NCBI GenBank assembly: GCA_030445745.1
Contig: JASUTE010000007.1
Span: 1,839 to 65,838, forward strand
Direction of reading: 5' to 3'
Length of the DNA: 64,000 bases
Origin: Candidatus Cloacimonadota bacterium
GTDB lineage: Bacteria > Cloacimonadota > Cloacimonadia > Cloacimonadales > TCS61
A program made the position numbers and the translations under genes. The notes beneath the pieces are model-generated. The model was not told the DNA's origin, ran no database searches, and was given only the letters and a program-made list of their open reading frames with translations. Numbering within the stretch: position 1 is the first letter of the stretch; every line of letters begins with the position of its first letter. This document shows positions 1-10,795 of the stretch, in pieces.

Positions 1-3000
1 TCATCTAAAGCGCCATAAGAATTCCATTTTATAGTATCTTGACTAGTAGCTATCAGATGTTCACCTCCATTTGGATATTCCAGCCAGATAAAACCAGAAG
101 AAGTAGGGTCAATAAATATAGAACCAGAATTTGTATGAGGTTCATTACCGCTACCATCTCCCTCGATATACCAAGGTATCTCTACAGTTTCAGTCATATT
201 TTCGTCTATTATCACTGTAACTTGAAAAGCTTGTACTCCAGTTTCATCAAAATTGTCACCATTTCCAAATCCCCAAGTTACCGTGGCTCCATCTCCAGTT
301 TCACCATTCCAATTCATACTACCTAAATTGGAGGCGGTTTGCACTGTAAATCCAGTCGGAAAATCTAAACTCAAGCCATGAACAGGTTCACTTTGAGCAT
401 TATGAAAGAGATAAAACAAAAGTTCCATTGGTAATATTGGTATATAGCCATTATTACCACGAATAACTTGATCCAGGCTTATATCTCTCTCGGTTTTTTG
501 CTGTTTAGTAAAATGGGAAAATTCTACCGAGAAATCTATAGCTTCCCCAAATTGTGAATGATTGGTTAAATTTAATGTAATATCTTGAGTTTCGTTTTCG
601 GCCAAATTTAGCTGAAATGCTTCTGGAGAGGAGGTAAGATAGGGTATATCGGAGTATGGATCTACTGTGAAAAGAATCGCTGTTTCCGATTCCAGAGGAT
701 GAGCACTGCTTGGTTGTCGATTGGCATAGGACATATTTATACCGTCATCTTCTGTGTAATTTTCTATTCCCACAGTGGCATAATTGTTTTCCTGGTCTTC
801 ATTGTGAACTTCCTTATATTGGAATAGAATTTTGACATCTGCAGAAGGTGTTTGATAGTAGTCAGGATCAAAGATAATAGCCTGGAATGTATTTTGATTA
901 TTATCATAATTTTCCCAGTTGGTCCATTGTACGATAAATTGATTATTCTCGGAATCGTAATAGTAGTGAACCTGGCCATTTTCCAGTTCATCCCAAAAAG
1001 GTGCTACTATACTGTTAGGTCCATTTCCCGAGGGAATTTGTCTATTTCTGTGGAAAACTTGTTCGCATACACCCATGCTAAACCAGCCGTCTGTACAGAT
1101 CGATATTGTATCGTAGGAATGTTCGAAATAATTTACCCAGAATGGTAATGGTACTATTTCCACTGCGCCATCATAAGTTATGAAATCGTATTCTAAAGCT
1201 ACTCCGTTGCCCCCATATTCAGGGTTTATCTCTATCCAATTGTAAGCTGGAATATCAAAATTACCGGCATCTCTACTCTCTATTGCACAATAGCCATATT
1301 TACTGTAGGTGGGAGCTGTTTCGGAAACTAAACCCACCGGCAGTTCGAATTGAGTTGAAAAAACAGAGTTTCCAGCTTGCATTATTTGCAGTAGAAAGTT
1401 AGCGCTGCTACCTGGATATACATCAAAAACCTCTATCTGAAGAGGATTGTTACTCATTTCAAAATTTTCTGGGTCAATAGAAGAAAAACCAGCTGTGGCT
1501 TGCAATATTTGGCAGCGCGGCGAAAGACTACTTAAATTTGCTGTAAAGTCACCGGTTGCAATTGCGCCGATATTTTCCAATTCTAAATAGATATTTTGAA
1601 TAGAGTTTGGCAGCAGATAATCACGGGTAGTAGTTTGGAAATTGGAGAAAATAACTTCTGGTGAGAGAAGCTGAGTTTGTACCAAAAATTCTTGATTGCC
1701 ACTGGCTGAATTTACTTCTATAATTAAATTTTTACACTGCTGATTTTGCCACGCGGGTTGCGAAGTGAGATTAAAAATGCCTGTATAAGTATTCTGAGGG
1801 AGTAATGATTCCACATAGATAGAGTTAGTTTCTATCTGAAAGTAGTTGTCTAGGGAATTTAGATTAATGTTTATGGAATTAATTGCGTTGCTATTATTGT
1901 TTTTAAGGGTAAATTCCAACTGAATGGAGCTGTTATTTTGGGGTGGTTGCTCAAAAGAATATTGGACCAATTGCAAATACTGGGCAGAGCTGCGGGATAT
2001 ATCTTTTGTTATAGGAATAAACCCGTATTTACTTGTGGTAATGCTAAATTCGGTAATTTCTGTTGGAACTGGCAGATAAGCTGAACCAGCAGAATTTGTT
2101 TTAGCAACAGCTATTAGGCTATCTGCTGCCGTTATACTAACAGTAAACTCAGCAGCATTCTGTACGTTTTCAATAGTTACAGGCAGGTAGTTTTGGTTTG
2201 CATCCAGTTGGTCTGGACAAATCAGCTGAAAGGGCTGTGGTGGTGAGTGTAATACTCTTAAACCAGGATCTCCCAGTAGATTGTACACAAAAAAATATAG
2301 TTGATCAGATTCTTCAGGACCACCCCATTCATGACAATCAGGAAAATTATTGTAAAGCTCCATCTTACCACGTAACATCAGCCCAGCACAGGTATTTATA
2401 CCTTCTTGGGTAAACCCCTGGTAAATTCCCAAATCGTGACAGTTGTTCCAAGCTGTAGATGTGTTATACTCGCTGGGTCCAATAAACCCAATTGCACCTT
2501 TGGGTTGGCCGGGGTCACCAGCATTTAGCCATATTTCTCCAAAACATGATGGAATATTTTCCACAGCGAAATCTCCTCCGGCGCATACTATGCTGGTTAC
2601 AAATGGCAGCTTAAAACCATTATTCAAGTTCATTAAGTTCTCGTTAGCAAAAATATTGTATCCATCAATAGAAGACCAATGGTCGTAGCTACCGCAACCA
2701 CGGTAATTTATAATTGAACAACCCTCGTTTATTAAATTTTCCAAAGAAGTTTGCGAAGTTTGCTCGGGATAGATATGGTTGTGTACAGTTGTATAATCGA
2801 ATTCTAATAATTTACGCCTGGCTTCCAGTAATGTTTCTCGGGGAGAATAATTATCGTAATTTGGGGATATACCACCTACCATTATTGCTTTCGTGAACCA
2901 ATCTACTGAAGTATCGGGTTCTTTTTCATAGGTTATTATCTTGTTTACCACCGTCATTAACTGCATCATATCCTGAAAAGAAACTCGGCCCAGCATAATG

Positions 3001-3926
3001 TCGGGGAAATAATCATCTCCTTCCAATAAAGTATAGGGATGATCACTAACATCGAATTCCGAATAAGGTCCGCCTTCCACATAAAAAGATGGCACTATAT
3101 AATTTCCACTTACATCGCCAAATAAAATTACATTTTCGGGCGGGATTTCCCAATTATCGTAGGCATTTTGCAGGTAGTTTTTTATTTCATCTTTGGTATA
3201 ACCAGTTTCCGCAAGTGTGGCGATTTTGGTGTGATAACCCAGCTGTTGTTTCCAACTTTTAAGTTCTTGCAAATAGGAAGCACAATTTTCTGGGCAAATA
3301 AAAAGATAGGAACCTGTGGTAGAATTTTTTTCTGACTGAAAACCAGTGATATTTTGTTGGGCAATTTGCCTAAATATTGGAGTGGAAGCAATGTTTTTAA
3401 GCAAAGGGTTACTATTTTTATTGCTATCTATAGAAAGAGTTATATCTATATCCTTAAAATAACGAATCTTCTGTTTAGCAGGATTGTATTGACAACTGGC
3501 AACCGAGATTTGCGCAAATCTAATTCCGCGCATAATAACCGGTTTAGAAATTTGAACAACTTTTTCTGGCAGCCATTTATCTTGTTTATTCTGGGAAGCT
3601 TGAGAGTTCTCTTGTTCACCGCTGCACAATTCAAACCCAATGGTTTGTTCATCTGTATTGTAAAATTGTTTATCAATTTGCCAATTGCCGTTAGCAGGTA
3701 ATTGTACCAGTTTGGTAAATCTGGGGATTTTGGATAACCCTGCAGCAGCACTGTTATTGCATTCTTTGGCTGTTAGCAGCAGATAGGTTTTTCCGTTAGC
3801 TGTTATTTCCTGTTCTTGTAAATCGAAATTACCAGTAATAGATATTTCATAATTCTGGTGCTTAAATTGGAGAGAGAAAAGAGTTGAGATGGAAAAAATT
3901 AAAAAGAGGATTAAATATTTCTTCAT
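1..3926 (-). CDS. Peptidase C25 (gingipain-like) family secreted protein; C-terminal part lies beyond the left window edge
   Basis: Manual reverse-complement translation from ATG (3926-3924) stays open for 1308 codons plus 2 nt to position 1. N-terminal signal peptide [18 protein letters not shown]. Catalytic-domain layout ...[12 protein letters not shown]...[14 protein letters not shown]...[10 protein letters not shown] aligns with the gingipain His/Cys region. Absent from the ORF track because it has no in-window stop; only other-frame shadow ORFs are listed there. Confidence 0.75.
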   Translation of the reverse strand, partial: MKKYLILFLIFSISTLFSLQFKHQNYEISITGNFDLQEQEITANGKTYLLLTAKECNNSAAAGLSKIPRFTKLVQLPANGNWQIDKQFYNTDEQTIGFELCSGEQENSQASQNKQDKWLPEKVVQISKPVIMRGIRFAQISVASCQYNPAKQKIRYFKDIDITLSIDSNKNSNPLLKNIASTPIFRQIAQQNITGFQSEKNSTTGSYLFICPENCASYLQELKSWKQQLGYHTKIATLAETGYTKDEIKNYLQNAYDNWEIPPENVILFGDVSGNYIVPSFYVEGGPYSEFDVSDHPYTLLEGDDYFPDIMLGRVSFQDMMQLMTVVNKIITYEKEPDTSVDWFTKAIMVGGISPNYDNYSPRETLLEARRKLLEFDYTTVHNHIYPEQTSQTSLENLINEGCSIINYRGCGSYDHWSSIDGYNIFANENLMNLNNGFKLPFVTSIVCAGGDFAVENIPSCFGEIWLNAGDPGQPKGAIGFIGPSEYNTSTAWNNCHDLGIYQGFTQEGINTCAGLMLRGKMELYNNFPDCHEWGGPEESDQLYFFVYNLLGDPGLRVLHSPPQPFQLICPDQLDANQNYLPVTIENVQNAAEFTVSITAADSLIAVAKTNSAGSAYLPVPTEITEFSITTSKYGFIPITKDISRSSAQYLQLVQYSFEQPPQNNSSIQLEFTLKNNNSNAINSININLNSLDNYFQIETNSIYVESLLPQNTYTGIFNLTSQPAWQNQQCKNLIIEVNSASGNQEFLVQTQLLSPEVIFSNFQTTTRDYLLPNSIQNIYLELENIGAIATGDFTANLSSLSPRCQILQATAGFSSIDPENFEMSNNPLQIEVFDVYPGSSANFLLQIMQAGNSVFSTQFELPVGLVSETAPTYSKYGYCAIESRDAGNFDIPAYNWIEINPEYGGNGVALEYDFITYDGAVEIVPLPFWVNYFEHSYDTISICTDGWFSMGVCEQVFHRNRQIPSGNGPNSIVAPFWDELENGQVHYYYDSENNQFIVQWTNWENYDNNQNTFQAIIFDPDYYQTPSADVKILFQYKEVHNEDQENNYATVGIENYTEDDGINMSYANRQPSSAHPLESETAILFTVDPYSDIPYLTSSPEAFQLNLAENETQDITLNLTNHSQFGEAIDFSVEFSHFTKQQKTERDISLDQVIRGNNGYIPILPMELLFYLFHNAQSEPVHGLSLDFPTGFTVQTASNLGSMNWNGETGDGATVTWGFGNGDNFDETGVQAFQVTVIIDENMTETVEIPWYIEGDGSGNEPHTNSGSIFIDPTSSGFIWLEYPNGGEHLIATSQDTIKWNSYGALD

Positions 3927-5587
3927 AGCAGATTCCTTTCCTTCATTTTCTTAAATTTATTGATAAGATTATTAGTAGAGCTATCATAGGAATTTATTTC
4001 TGTACTTGTTTTTAGATGTGGCAGCAATTTTTTTGCTAATTGCTTTCCTAATTCAACCCCCCATTGGTCGAAGCTGTAAATATTCCAGATAATGCCTTGT
4101 ACAAAGATCTTGTGTTCATACATGGCAATTAATTCCCCCAAAGTGGCTGGTGTTAACTTCCTAAATAGAATAGAGGTGGTGGGTTTGTTACCTTGGAAGA
4201 TTTTATAGGGTAATAGTCTTTCTATTTCGCTTTCACTTTTACCTGCTTCTTCTAGTTCCTGGCGAGCTTCCTGCTCTGTTTTACCTTGCATTAGCGCCTG
4301 GGTTTGGGCAAAAAAGTTGGCCAGCAATTTTTCATGATGATCTCCGATAGGATTTGAACTAGCAGCTGCAGCTAGGAAATCGCAGGGAATAAGTTTGGTA
4401 CCCTGATGAATAAGTTGGAAAAACGCATGCTGGCCGTTGGTGCCTGGCTCACCCCAAATTATGGGTCCAGTTTGGTAGTTAACAGCTTGGCCGTTGCGAT
4501 TTACATATTTACCATTGCTCTCCATATCTGCCTGTTGTAAGTAAGCTGTAAAGCGATGTAAATATTGATTATAGGGAATTATCGCCTGGGTTTCTGCTCC
4601 CCAAAAATTGTTGTACCAAATTCCTAAAAGAGCCAAAATAACAGGAATGTTCTTTTCCCAATGGGAATTTTTGAAATGACAGTCCATATCATACGCGCCA
4701 CGTAAAAGTTCTTCAAAATTTTTGTAACCAAGGCTGCACGCTATAGAAAGCCCGATAGAGCTCCACAGAGAGTAGCGTCCCCCTACCCAATCCCAAAAGA
4801 TAAACATATTTTCTGGAGCAATCCCAAATTTTTCCACACCTTCCTGGTTGGTAGAGATGGCCACAAAGTGTTTTTTAATAAATTCAGGTTTTGGAGCTGT
4901 ATGCAAAAACCACTGGCGGGCAGTGTGGGCATTAGTCATGGTTTCTTGGGTAGTAAAAGATTTGGAAGCGATGAGAAAAAGAGTAGTTTCGGGGTTCAGC
5001 TTTTTCAGGGTTTCGGCGATATGAGCAGCGTCGATATTGGAAACAAAATGGGGAGTTATATGTTCTACCCGATAAGCCTGCAAAGCTTCAGTAACCATTA
5101 CCGGCCCCAAGTCGGAACCACCAATACCAATATTCACAATATCAGTGATCGGTTTGCCGGTGAATCCTCTCCAGCTACCAGAAATTATTTGTTCGGAAAA
5201 TTGTTTTATCTTTTTTAAAGCTGCCTGCACCTGCGGCATCACGTTTTGGCCATCTACTTTTACTGGTTTACCGCTGAAATTACGCAAAGCTGTATGCAAA
5301 ACTGCGCGATTCTCTGTTTTGTTTATCTTTTCGCCTGTAAACATAGCTGTGATAGCTTCATCTAAACCGCATTCGTCTGCCAATTGGAAAAGCAACTGCA
5401 TTATCTTATCATCAATATGGTTTTTGGAATAATCCACAAAAATATCTTCAAATTCTACACTGAATTTAGTAGCGCGTTGTTCATCTTGGGCAAAAAGTGT
5501 GCGCAGGTGAGTTTGCGAGATTTGCTTTTGTAATTTTTGTAATTTTCCCCAGGTTTCTGTGGTGGTTGGATCTACATTTTTTAACAT
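3923..5587 (-). CDS. pgi: Glucose-6-phosphate isomerase
   Basis: 554 aa, full-length PGI with typical motifs ([40 protein letters not shown]). The stop TGA overlaps the ATG of the downstream C25 gene (ATGA). Confidence 0.95.
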   Translation of the reverse strand: MLKNVDPTTTETWGKLQKLQKQISQTHLRTLFAQDEQRATKFSVEFEDIFVDYSKNHIDDKIMQLLFQLADECGLDEAITAMFTGEKINKTENRAVLHTALRNFSGKPVKVDGQNVMPQVQAALKKIKQFSEQIISGSWRGFTGKPITDIVNIGIGGSDLGPVMVTEALQAYRVEHITPHFVSNIDAAHIAETLKKLNPETTLFLIASKSFTTQETMTNAHTARQWFLHTAPKPEFIKKHFVAISTNQEGVEKFGIAPENMFIFWDWVGGRYSLWSSIGLSIACSLGYKNFEELLRGAYDMDCHFKNSHWEKNIPVILALLGIWYNNFWGAETQAIIPYNQYLHRFTAYLQQADMESNGKYVNRNGQAVNYQTGPIIWGEPGTNGQHAFFQLIHQGTKLIPCDFLAAAASSNPIGDHHEKLLANFFAQTQALMQGKTEQEARQELEEAGKSESEIERLLPYKIFQGNKPTTSILFRKLTPATLGELIAMYEHKIFVQGIIWNIYSFDQWGVELGKQLAKKLLPHLKTSTEINSYDSSTNNLINKFKKMKERNLL

Positions 5588-5605
5588 AAATACACTCCTA
5601 AAATT

Positions 5606-5770
5606 TTAAGTATTCAAAGTAAATTTGTTCATATTAGCATCGTGGGAAGTATGCAAGAAATTCCAGGTCTGCAGGATGTTATCGCTCATAATTACAACTC
5701 CTTCTAAAGCGTATTGCAACTCACGAATGTTTCCAGGTTAGTTGTATTTTCCCAATTTTTCCCCATTTTT
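5606..5770 (-). pseudogene. 3'-terminal remnant of a sigma-54-dependent (NtrC-family) transcriptional activator
   Basis: Minus-strand translation gives ...GEKLGKYN*PGNIRELQYALEGVVIMSDNILQ...*. This is the conserved WPGNVRELxN segment of the AAA+ sigma-54 interaction domain, with TAA replacing the Trp codon. No upstream gene body. Confidence 0.4.
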
Positions 5771-5879
5771 TTCTCCATAGCTATTTTGGAAATCGTCTTC
5801 TATTATACTGTTCCTTTTCTAAAAAAAATTACTAACTTGCCAAGTTTTTTTTAATAAATTTTTATGCCATGAGGTGGCC

Positions 5880-6038
5880 GATGGATATTTGTGGTTGACG
5901 AATCTGGTGGGTTTGCGGTAAAAAGGTTCATAAAATTAGGCGGTCAAAACCCCGCTTCTATGAAGTTTGGAAGGACTGAAGTCAGGTGAAAAGGTCATAG
6001 TTTCCTGTTACGAAAATTTTGGCGAAGCAGATAAATTG
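5880..6038 (+). pseudogene. 3'-terminal remnant of a MacA/HlyD-type efflux periplasmic adaptor, frameshifted
   Basis: Three frames together read DGYLW/VVDESGGFAVKRFIKLGGQNP/FYEV/LEGLKSGEKVIVSCYENFGEADKL. This resembles the conserved C-terminus of Bacteroidetes-type adaptor subunits (recalled from memory). At least 2 frameshifts. The track ORF 5967-6161 starts at TTG inside this debris. Confidence 0.35.
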
Positions 6039-6162
6039 AAGGAGCATAAGGATTACAAAAGGTTGAAAGAAGAAGGTGCTGAACTGAAACAGCGCTTGCA
6101 ATCGGTTGGTTATGCTCCCGCTAAAAGTATTTTTTATGTCGGTATAAAACAAGGAGATTAAA

Positions 6163-7389
6163 ATGGAAGAAAAGAAAACTATTATTAAAGCAAAAGTGCT
6201 TTACGATGGCAAAACCAAACACGAAGATGTTTATGTAATAGTGCAGGGAAACACAATATTAAACATCAGCAAGCAAAAAATGCAAGCAGATTACGAAGGT
6301 TATGTAACACCCGCTTTTATCGATGCTCATTCTCATATTGGAATGGATAGAGAAGGTGAACCCTCCCAAGAATCGGAAACTAACGATGTCCTAGACCAAT
6401 TTAACCCCACTAATAATCCTATTAACAGTATTTATTTCGATGACAGAGCTTTTAAAGATGCCGTTGATTTTGGTGTTTTATATAGCTGTGTGGTGCCCGG
6501 TAGCGGTAATTTGATAGGTGGACGAGCAAAAGTAATTCGTAACTTTGCCAAAAATCGTAATGAAGCAGAACTAAAGGATTATGGTTTTAAAATGGCTTTG
6601 GGGTTCAATCCACGCTCTACTACGGAATGGAAAGGTAAAAGACCTAATACCAGAATGGGTATTTATGCGCTTTTGGAAAAGAAACTGGATGATGTTATTT
6701 TAAAGCGTGATAAACAAAAGGTGGCCAAACAGAAAAAGCTGAATAGTTTGGAAAAGAAACTTAAAGATAAAAAGATAAACAAAACCGAATATAAAGAAGA
6801 AAAAGAACTGATTGAAAGAGAATATGATTATCAGTTCGACAGTGACGAGAAAGCGCTTTTAGAAATTCTTTCTGGTGAAAAAGTGGTAAAAGTGCATGTT
6901 CACAAAGAAGATGATGTGCATTATCTTATTTATCTTGTAAAAAAATATAATTTAAATGTAACTGCCGACCATACTGGTGATGTTTGGAACAAAAAGATAT
7001 TCGACCAATTGGCCGAGAACAATATTCCCATAGTTTATGGTCCTTTGGGCTCTGTAGGTTATAAGGTAGAACTGAAACATGCCTATTATCAAAATGCTAA
7101 ATTGCTAATGGAATCAAAAGCTTTCTATGGATTGATGACTGACCACCCCGTGATTCATACTATTGCCCTGCGCGATAGTTTGAAATTTTTCCTTATCCAA
7201 GGTATGAAACCAGAAGAAGCTATTTCACTTATTACCTACAAAAATGCTCACATTTTAGGATTACAGGAAACCTTAGGCAGCATTGAAGCCGGTAAAGTGG
7301 CCAGTTTAGTTGTTTGGAACCAAGATCCGCTTAATTTAGGTGCATTCCCTGTATTAGTGATGGCCGAAGGCGAAGTTTTGCGTTCTTAA
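6163..7389 (+). CDS. Amidohydrolase family protein (metal-dependent hydrolase) with a Lys/Glu-rich coiled-coil insertion
   Basis: 408 aa. HxH metal motif (FIDAHSHIG) and C-terminal G..AD.V.W pattern (AGKVASLVVWN). A charged insertion at about residues 165-225. Confidence 0.8.
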   Translation: MEEKKTIIKAKVLYDGKTKHEDVYVIVQGNTILNISKQKMQADYEGYVTPAFIDAHSHIGMDREGEPSQESETNDVLDQFNPTNNPINSIYFDDRAFKDAVDFGVLYSCVVPGSGNLIGGRAKVIRNFAKNRNEAELKDYGFKMALGFNPRSTTEWKGKRPNTRMGIYALLEKKLDDVILKRDKQKVAKQKKLNSLEKKLKDKKINKTEYKEEKELIEREYDYQFDSDEKALLEILSGEKVVKVHVHKEDDVHYLIYLVKKYNLNVTADHTGDVWNKKIFDQLAENNIPIVYGPLGSVGYKVELKHAYYQNAKLLMESKAFYGLMTDHPVIHTIALRDSLKFFLIQGMKPEEAISLITYKNAHILGLQETLGSIEAGKVASLVVWNQDPLNLGAFPVLVMAEGEVLRS

Positions 7390-7424
7390 AAAATAATACT
7401 AGTAGAACCTGGATTAAATATAAT

Positions 7425-7458
7425 AAGCAGGTGGTTTTATAAACCTCCTGCTTTTTTA
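7425..7458. terminator. Intrinsic terminator between convergent genes
   Basis: Stem aagcaggtgg / cctcctgctt (one mismatch), loop ttttataaa, followed by a T-run. Lies between the amidohydrolase (+) and glycerate kinase (-). Confidence 0.7.
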
Positions 7459-7575
7459 TTCATCAGATTATAAGTTATGTTGTTCGTAGTAGCTGAGGTT
7501 TTGTGTTCGAAGAAGAACAGTTTTGTTGCAAAAGTGGACAGAGTGTATTCCTATTTCAGGACGGGACAAATAACC

Positions 7576-8661
7576 CTACACCTCCACCATTCCTGCAGCC
7601 ATTTGCAAATATTTCCGTGGATTTTGCAACGAGTCGTGCTTGTTACCGCTTAATTTTTCCAGTGAAATTATCTGCTGGAAACGCTCTTCCAGGTTACTTT
7701 TGTCTGGGTAGCGTCCAACAATTGCTATTACTGGGATATCGCCAGCTTTTTCCAGCACTTTGCCAACCAATTTACCCCAATTTATTTGGTTATCCAAACT
7801 GCCCTCACCTGTTATCAGCAGGTCGGCATTGGCTATCTCTTGTTCAAAATGACATTTTTGCATAAAATACTCAGCACCACTAACAATGCTGGCATTTAAA
7901 AAAGCAACTAACCCCGCTGCTAAGCCGCCTGCAGCACCGGCGCCAGCAATATTGGTTACATCTCTACCCCATTTTTGCTTTATCAGCTTGGCCAAGTTAG
8001 CTAGACCTGCTTCCAGGTGTTCCACCTGCTGGGGCGTAGCTCCTTTTTGGGGAGCATACACAGCTGCTGCGCCGGTGGGTCCTAAGAGCGGATTGCTCAC
8101 ATCGCAAGCAGCTACTGCTGCGATGTGCGGCAGCTGCGACTCTGTTATTCTAGCTATTTTTACTAAATTATCTCCAACTGGCTCTAACTCTCTGCCCTGG
8201 GCATCCCAAAATTTATAGCCCAAAGCAGCTGCCATGCCAGTGCCGCCGTCACAACTGGAACTACCACCCAAAGCTACTACGATTTGTTTAAATCCCTGGT
8301 TGCCAAGTTTAACAATTAGCTGACCCAAGCCATAGGTAGAAGTCTGCCCCGGATTGCGTTTAGCAGGCGGCACTAGCTGCAATCCGCTCACATTTGCCAG
8401 TTCCACTACAGCTGTTTGGTCTAGTTTGGCAAATTGTACTTCATGGGGTTTTCCTAACGGGCCCTTTACCATCTCTGTATCTAATTTAGCGCCCACATTG
8501 TGTTGCAAACATTGCAAGCTACCTTCACCGCCATCGGCCAAAGGGAAATTGACGATCTGAGCCTGCGGCCAACGTTTCTGCAAAGCTTCTTGTAGTTCCT
8601 GGCCAGCATCTACAGCCGAGATGGAATCTTTGAACGAATCAAAGCAAATTACTATTTTCAT
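7576..8661 (-). CDS. glxK: Glycerate kinase
   Basis: 361 aa. N-terminus MKIVICFDSFKDSISA and PLADGGEGS are typical of the GlxK/GarK family. Confidence 0.9.
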   Translation of the reverse strand: MKIVICFDSFKDSISAVDAGQELQEALQKRWPQAQIVNFPLADGGEGSLQCLQHNVGAKLDTEMVKGPLGKPHEVQFAKLDQTAVVELANVSGLQLVPPAKRNPGQTSTYGLGQLIVKLGNQGFKQIVVALGGSSSCDGGTGMAAALGYKFWDAQGRELEPVGDNLVKIARITESQLPHIAAVAACDVSNPLLGPTGAAAVYAPQKGATPQQVEHLEAGLANLAKLIKQKWGRDVTNIAGAGAAGGLAAGLVAFLNASIVSGAEYFMQKCHFEQEIANADLLITGEGSLDNQINWGKLVGKVLEKAGDIPVIAIVGRYPDKSNLEERFQQIISLEKLSGNKHDSLQNPRKYLQMAAGMVEV

Positions 8662-8665
8662 AATA

Positions 8666-8691
8666 CAAAAAAGGCGACTTTGCAGCCGCCT
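8666..8691 (-). terminator. Intrinsic terminator downstream of the M3 peptidase gene
   Basis: On the minus strand: aggcggc-tgcaaa-gtcgcct followed by TTTTTTG. Confidence 0.6.
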
Positions 8692-8701
8692 GTGAAGTTA
8701 T

Positions 8702-10738
8702 TTATTTTTCCAGCAATCCAAATTTTTTCAGCATTGCATCTGGATCTGGTTTTTTCCCACGGAATTTTACATAAATGTCCATCGGATGCTCGGTATTGCC
8801 GCGAGCCAGGATATTTTTACGGAAGGAAGTGGCTGTTTCGGTATCGAAAATCCCCTTTTCCTTAAACAGCTCAAAAGCGTCCGCTTCCAATACTTCAGCC
8901 CATTTATAGGAATAATAACCAGCGGAATACCCACCAGCAAAAATATGGCCAAAGCTAGCAGAAGTATTCTTGTTCTCTACCTTAGGAAAGAGTCTGGTAT
9001 CTTCTACTACCTTGTCTTCAAATTCACCTACATCTTCAATTCCTGAAGGGTCTTTATCGTGCCAGCTCATATCGATGAGTCCTAATTGAATTTGGCGCAG
9101 GTTGTTCATACCAGCGTGATATTTTTTCATCTTTTTAATTTTCTCTATCATATCTTCAGGAATTACTTCACCAGTTTCGTAATGTTTAGCAAAAAGGTTT
9201 AAAGCTTCTGGTTCAGTTACCCAATTTTCCATAATTTGGGAAGGAAGCTCCACGAAATCCCAATAAACATTGGGACTAGCCAAACTGGCATAGGTGCAGT
9301 TGGAAAGTAAGGCATGCAGGGAATGACCAAATTCGTGGAACAAAGTAGTAACTTCGTTTAAATTCAGCAAAGATGGCTTTTTTTTGGTAGAAGGCGTAAG
9401 GTTTGCCACTACTGCAGCGTGTGGTCTTTTCAACTCGCCATAGTGTAAGCCTTGAGTGCGGAATGTGGTCATCCACGCACCAGAATTTTTAGTCTCGCGT
9501 GGGAATAAATCTACATATAAAAGTCCCACAAATTCGTTTTTGCCTTCGGTTACTTTGAAAACTTTCACATCTTCGTGATATACAGGAACGTCATCCAGTT
9601 GTTCAAATTTTACTCCATAAAGCTTATTTGCAACTTTAAAAAGTCCTTCTACCACGTTTTCCATTTTAAAGTATGGGCGTAGTTTTTCTTCATCAAAATC
9701 GAATTTCTTTTGTTTTAATTTCTCGGAATAATAGGTTGAATCCCAGCTTTGCAACTTTTCTATACCATCTTCTTCTTTAGCTAATTGTTGCAATTCTGCC
9801 ACTTCCTTTATAGCAACTGGTTTAGCAGCATTTTTTATTCTATCCAGGAAATCTTTCACCTTTTCTGGAGTTTCGGCCATTCTCTCTTTTAAAACATATT
9901 CAGCATGGTTTTTAAAGCCAAGCAGTTTTGCGCGTTGATAGCGCAAGGAGGCAATTTTTTTCAGAATTTCGCGGTTGTCGAATTTATCTTTATAAGCCCG
10001 AGAGCCAAAAGCACGATTCATCTTTTCGCGTAGTTTGCGATTTTTGGCAAATTTAAGTACTGGGAGCAAACTGGGAATTTGCAATGTGAATAACCAGCCA
10101 GAATCATAACCTTTCTTTTCAGCAGCATATTCAGCTGCATCTAAAGCACTCTCTGGAATTCCTTCCAATTCTTTTTTATCGGTTATATGCAGTTGAAAAG
10201 CATTGGTAGCGCCTAAAACATTCTGCGCAAATTTAGGACTTAGCTTAGAAAGCTCACGATCGATCTGCAACAATTTCTTCTTATCTTCATCGTTCAGAAG
10301 AGCACCATTGCGGGTGAAAGATTTATAATTTTGATCTACCAAGCGCTTTTGTTCCTCGTTCAGGTCTGCCATGTTGTTATAAACTGTCTTTACTTTGTCG
10401 AACAGCACAGCGTCTGTCATAATTTCATTTCTAAATGCGGAAAGCAGTGGTGAAATCTCCTGTGCTAAAGCCTTGAATTCATCATCCGATTCCATTCCCA
10501 TCAAGTTAAAATAGAGGGTTGTAACCTCATCTAACTTTTCACTGCTAGTTTCTAAAGCTAAGATTGTGTTTTCGAAATTGGCTTTTCCCTTATTTTTTCG
10601 TATTTTCTCAATGTTTTGTTTAGCTTCTTGCAAAGCTTCTTTTACTGCTGGCAGAAAATGTTCTGTTTTTAGCTCATCCAAAGGAAAAGCTTCGTATTTT
10701 CCAACTTTTTTACCAGCTATAAGCGGATTTGTACTCAT
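8702..10738 (-). CDS. M3 family metallopeptidase (peptidyl-dipeptidase Dcp / oligopeptidase A-like)
   Basis: 678 aa. HEXXH zinc motif in LFHEFGHSLH. Overall length and layout match thimet/Dcp-type peptidases. Confidence 0.9.
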   Translation of the reverse strand: MSTNPLIAGKKVGKYEAFPLDELKTEHFLPAVKEALQEAKQNIEKIRKNKGKANFENTILALETSSEKLDEVTTLYFNLMGMESDDEFKALAQEISPLLSAFRNEIMTDAVLFDKVKTVYNNMADLNEEQKRLVDQNYKSFTRNGALLNDEDKKKLLQIDRELSKLSPKFAQNVLGATNAFQLHITDKKELEGIPESALDAAEYAAEKKGYDSGWLFTLQIPSLLPVLKFAKNRKLREKMNRAFGSRAYKDKFDNREILKKIASLRYQRAKLLGFKNHAEYVLKERMAETPEKVKDFLDRIKNAAKPVAIKEVAELQQLAKEEDGIEKLQSWDSTYYSEKLKQKKFDFDEEKLRPYFKMENVVEGLFKVANKLYGVKFEQLDDVPVYHEDVKVFKVTEGKNEFVGLLYVDLFPRETKNSGAWMTTFRTQGLHYGELKRPHAAVVANLTPSTKKKPSLLNLNEVTTLFHEFGHSLHALLSNCTYASLASPNVYWDFVELPSQIMENWVTEPEALNLFAKHYETGEVIPEDMIEKIKKMKKYHAGMNNLRQIQLGLIDMSWHDKDPSGIEDVGEFEDKVVEDTRLFPKVENKNTSASFGHIFAGGYSAGYYSYKWAEVLEADAFELFKEKGIFDTETATSFRKNILARGNTEHPMDIYVKFRGKKPDPDAMLKKFGLLEK

Positions 10739-10795
10739 TTTTTACACTCCTTATATATTTTTTTATATCTTTGAAGTAGACCCCCGTCTGCTGTG

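Noticed and set aside
5967-6161. Listed 64-aa ORF directly upstream of the amidohydrolase gene.
   Set aside because: It has a TTG start and no SD. Its first 24 codons are the frameshifted tail of an efflux adaptor remnant. It was treated as debris rather than as a gene, but conservation was not tested.
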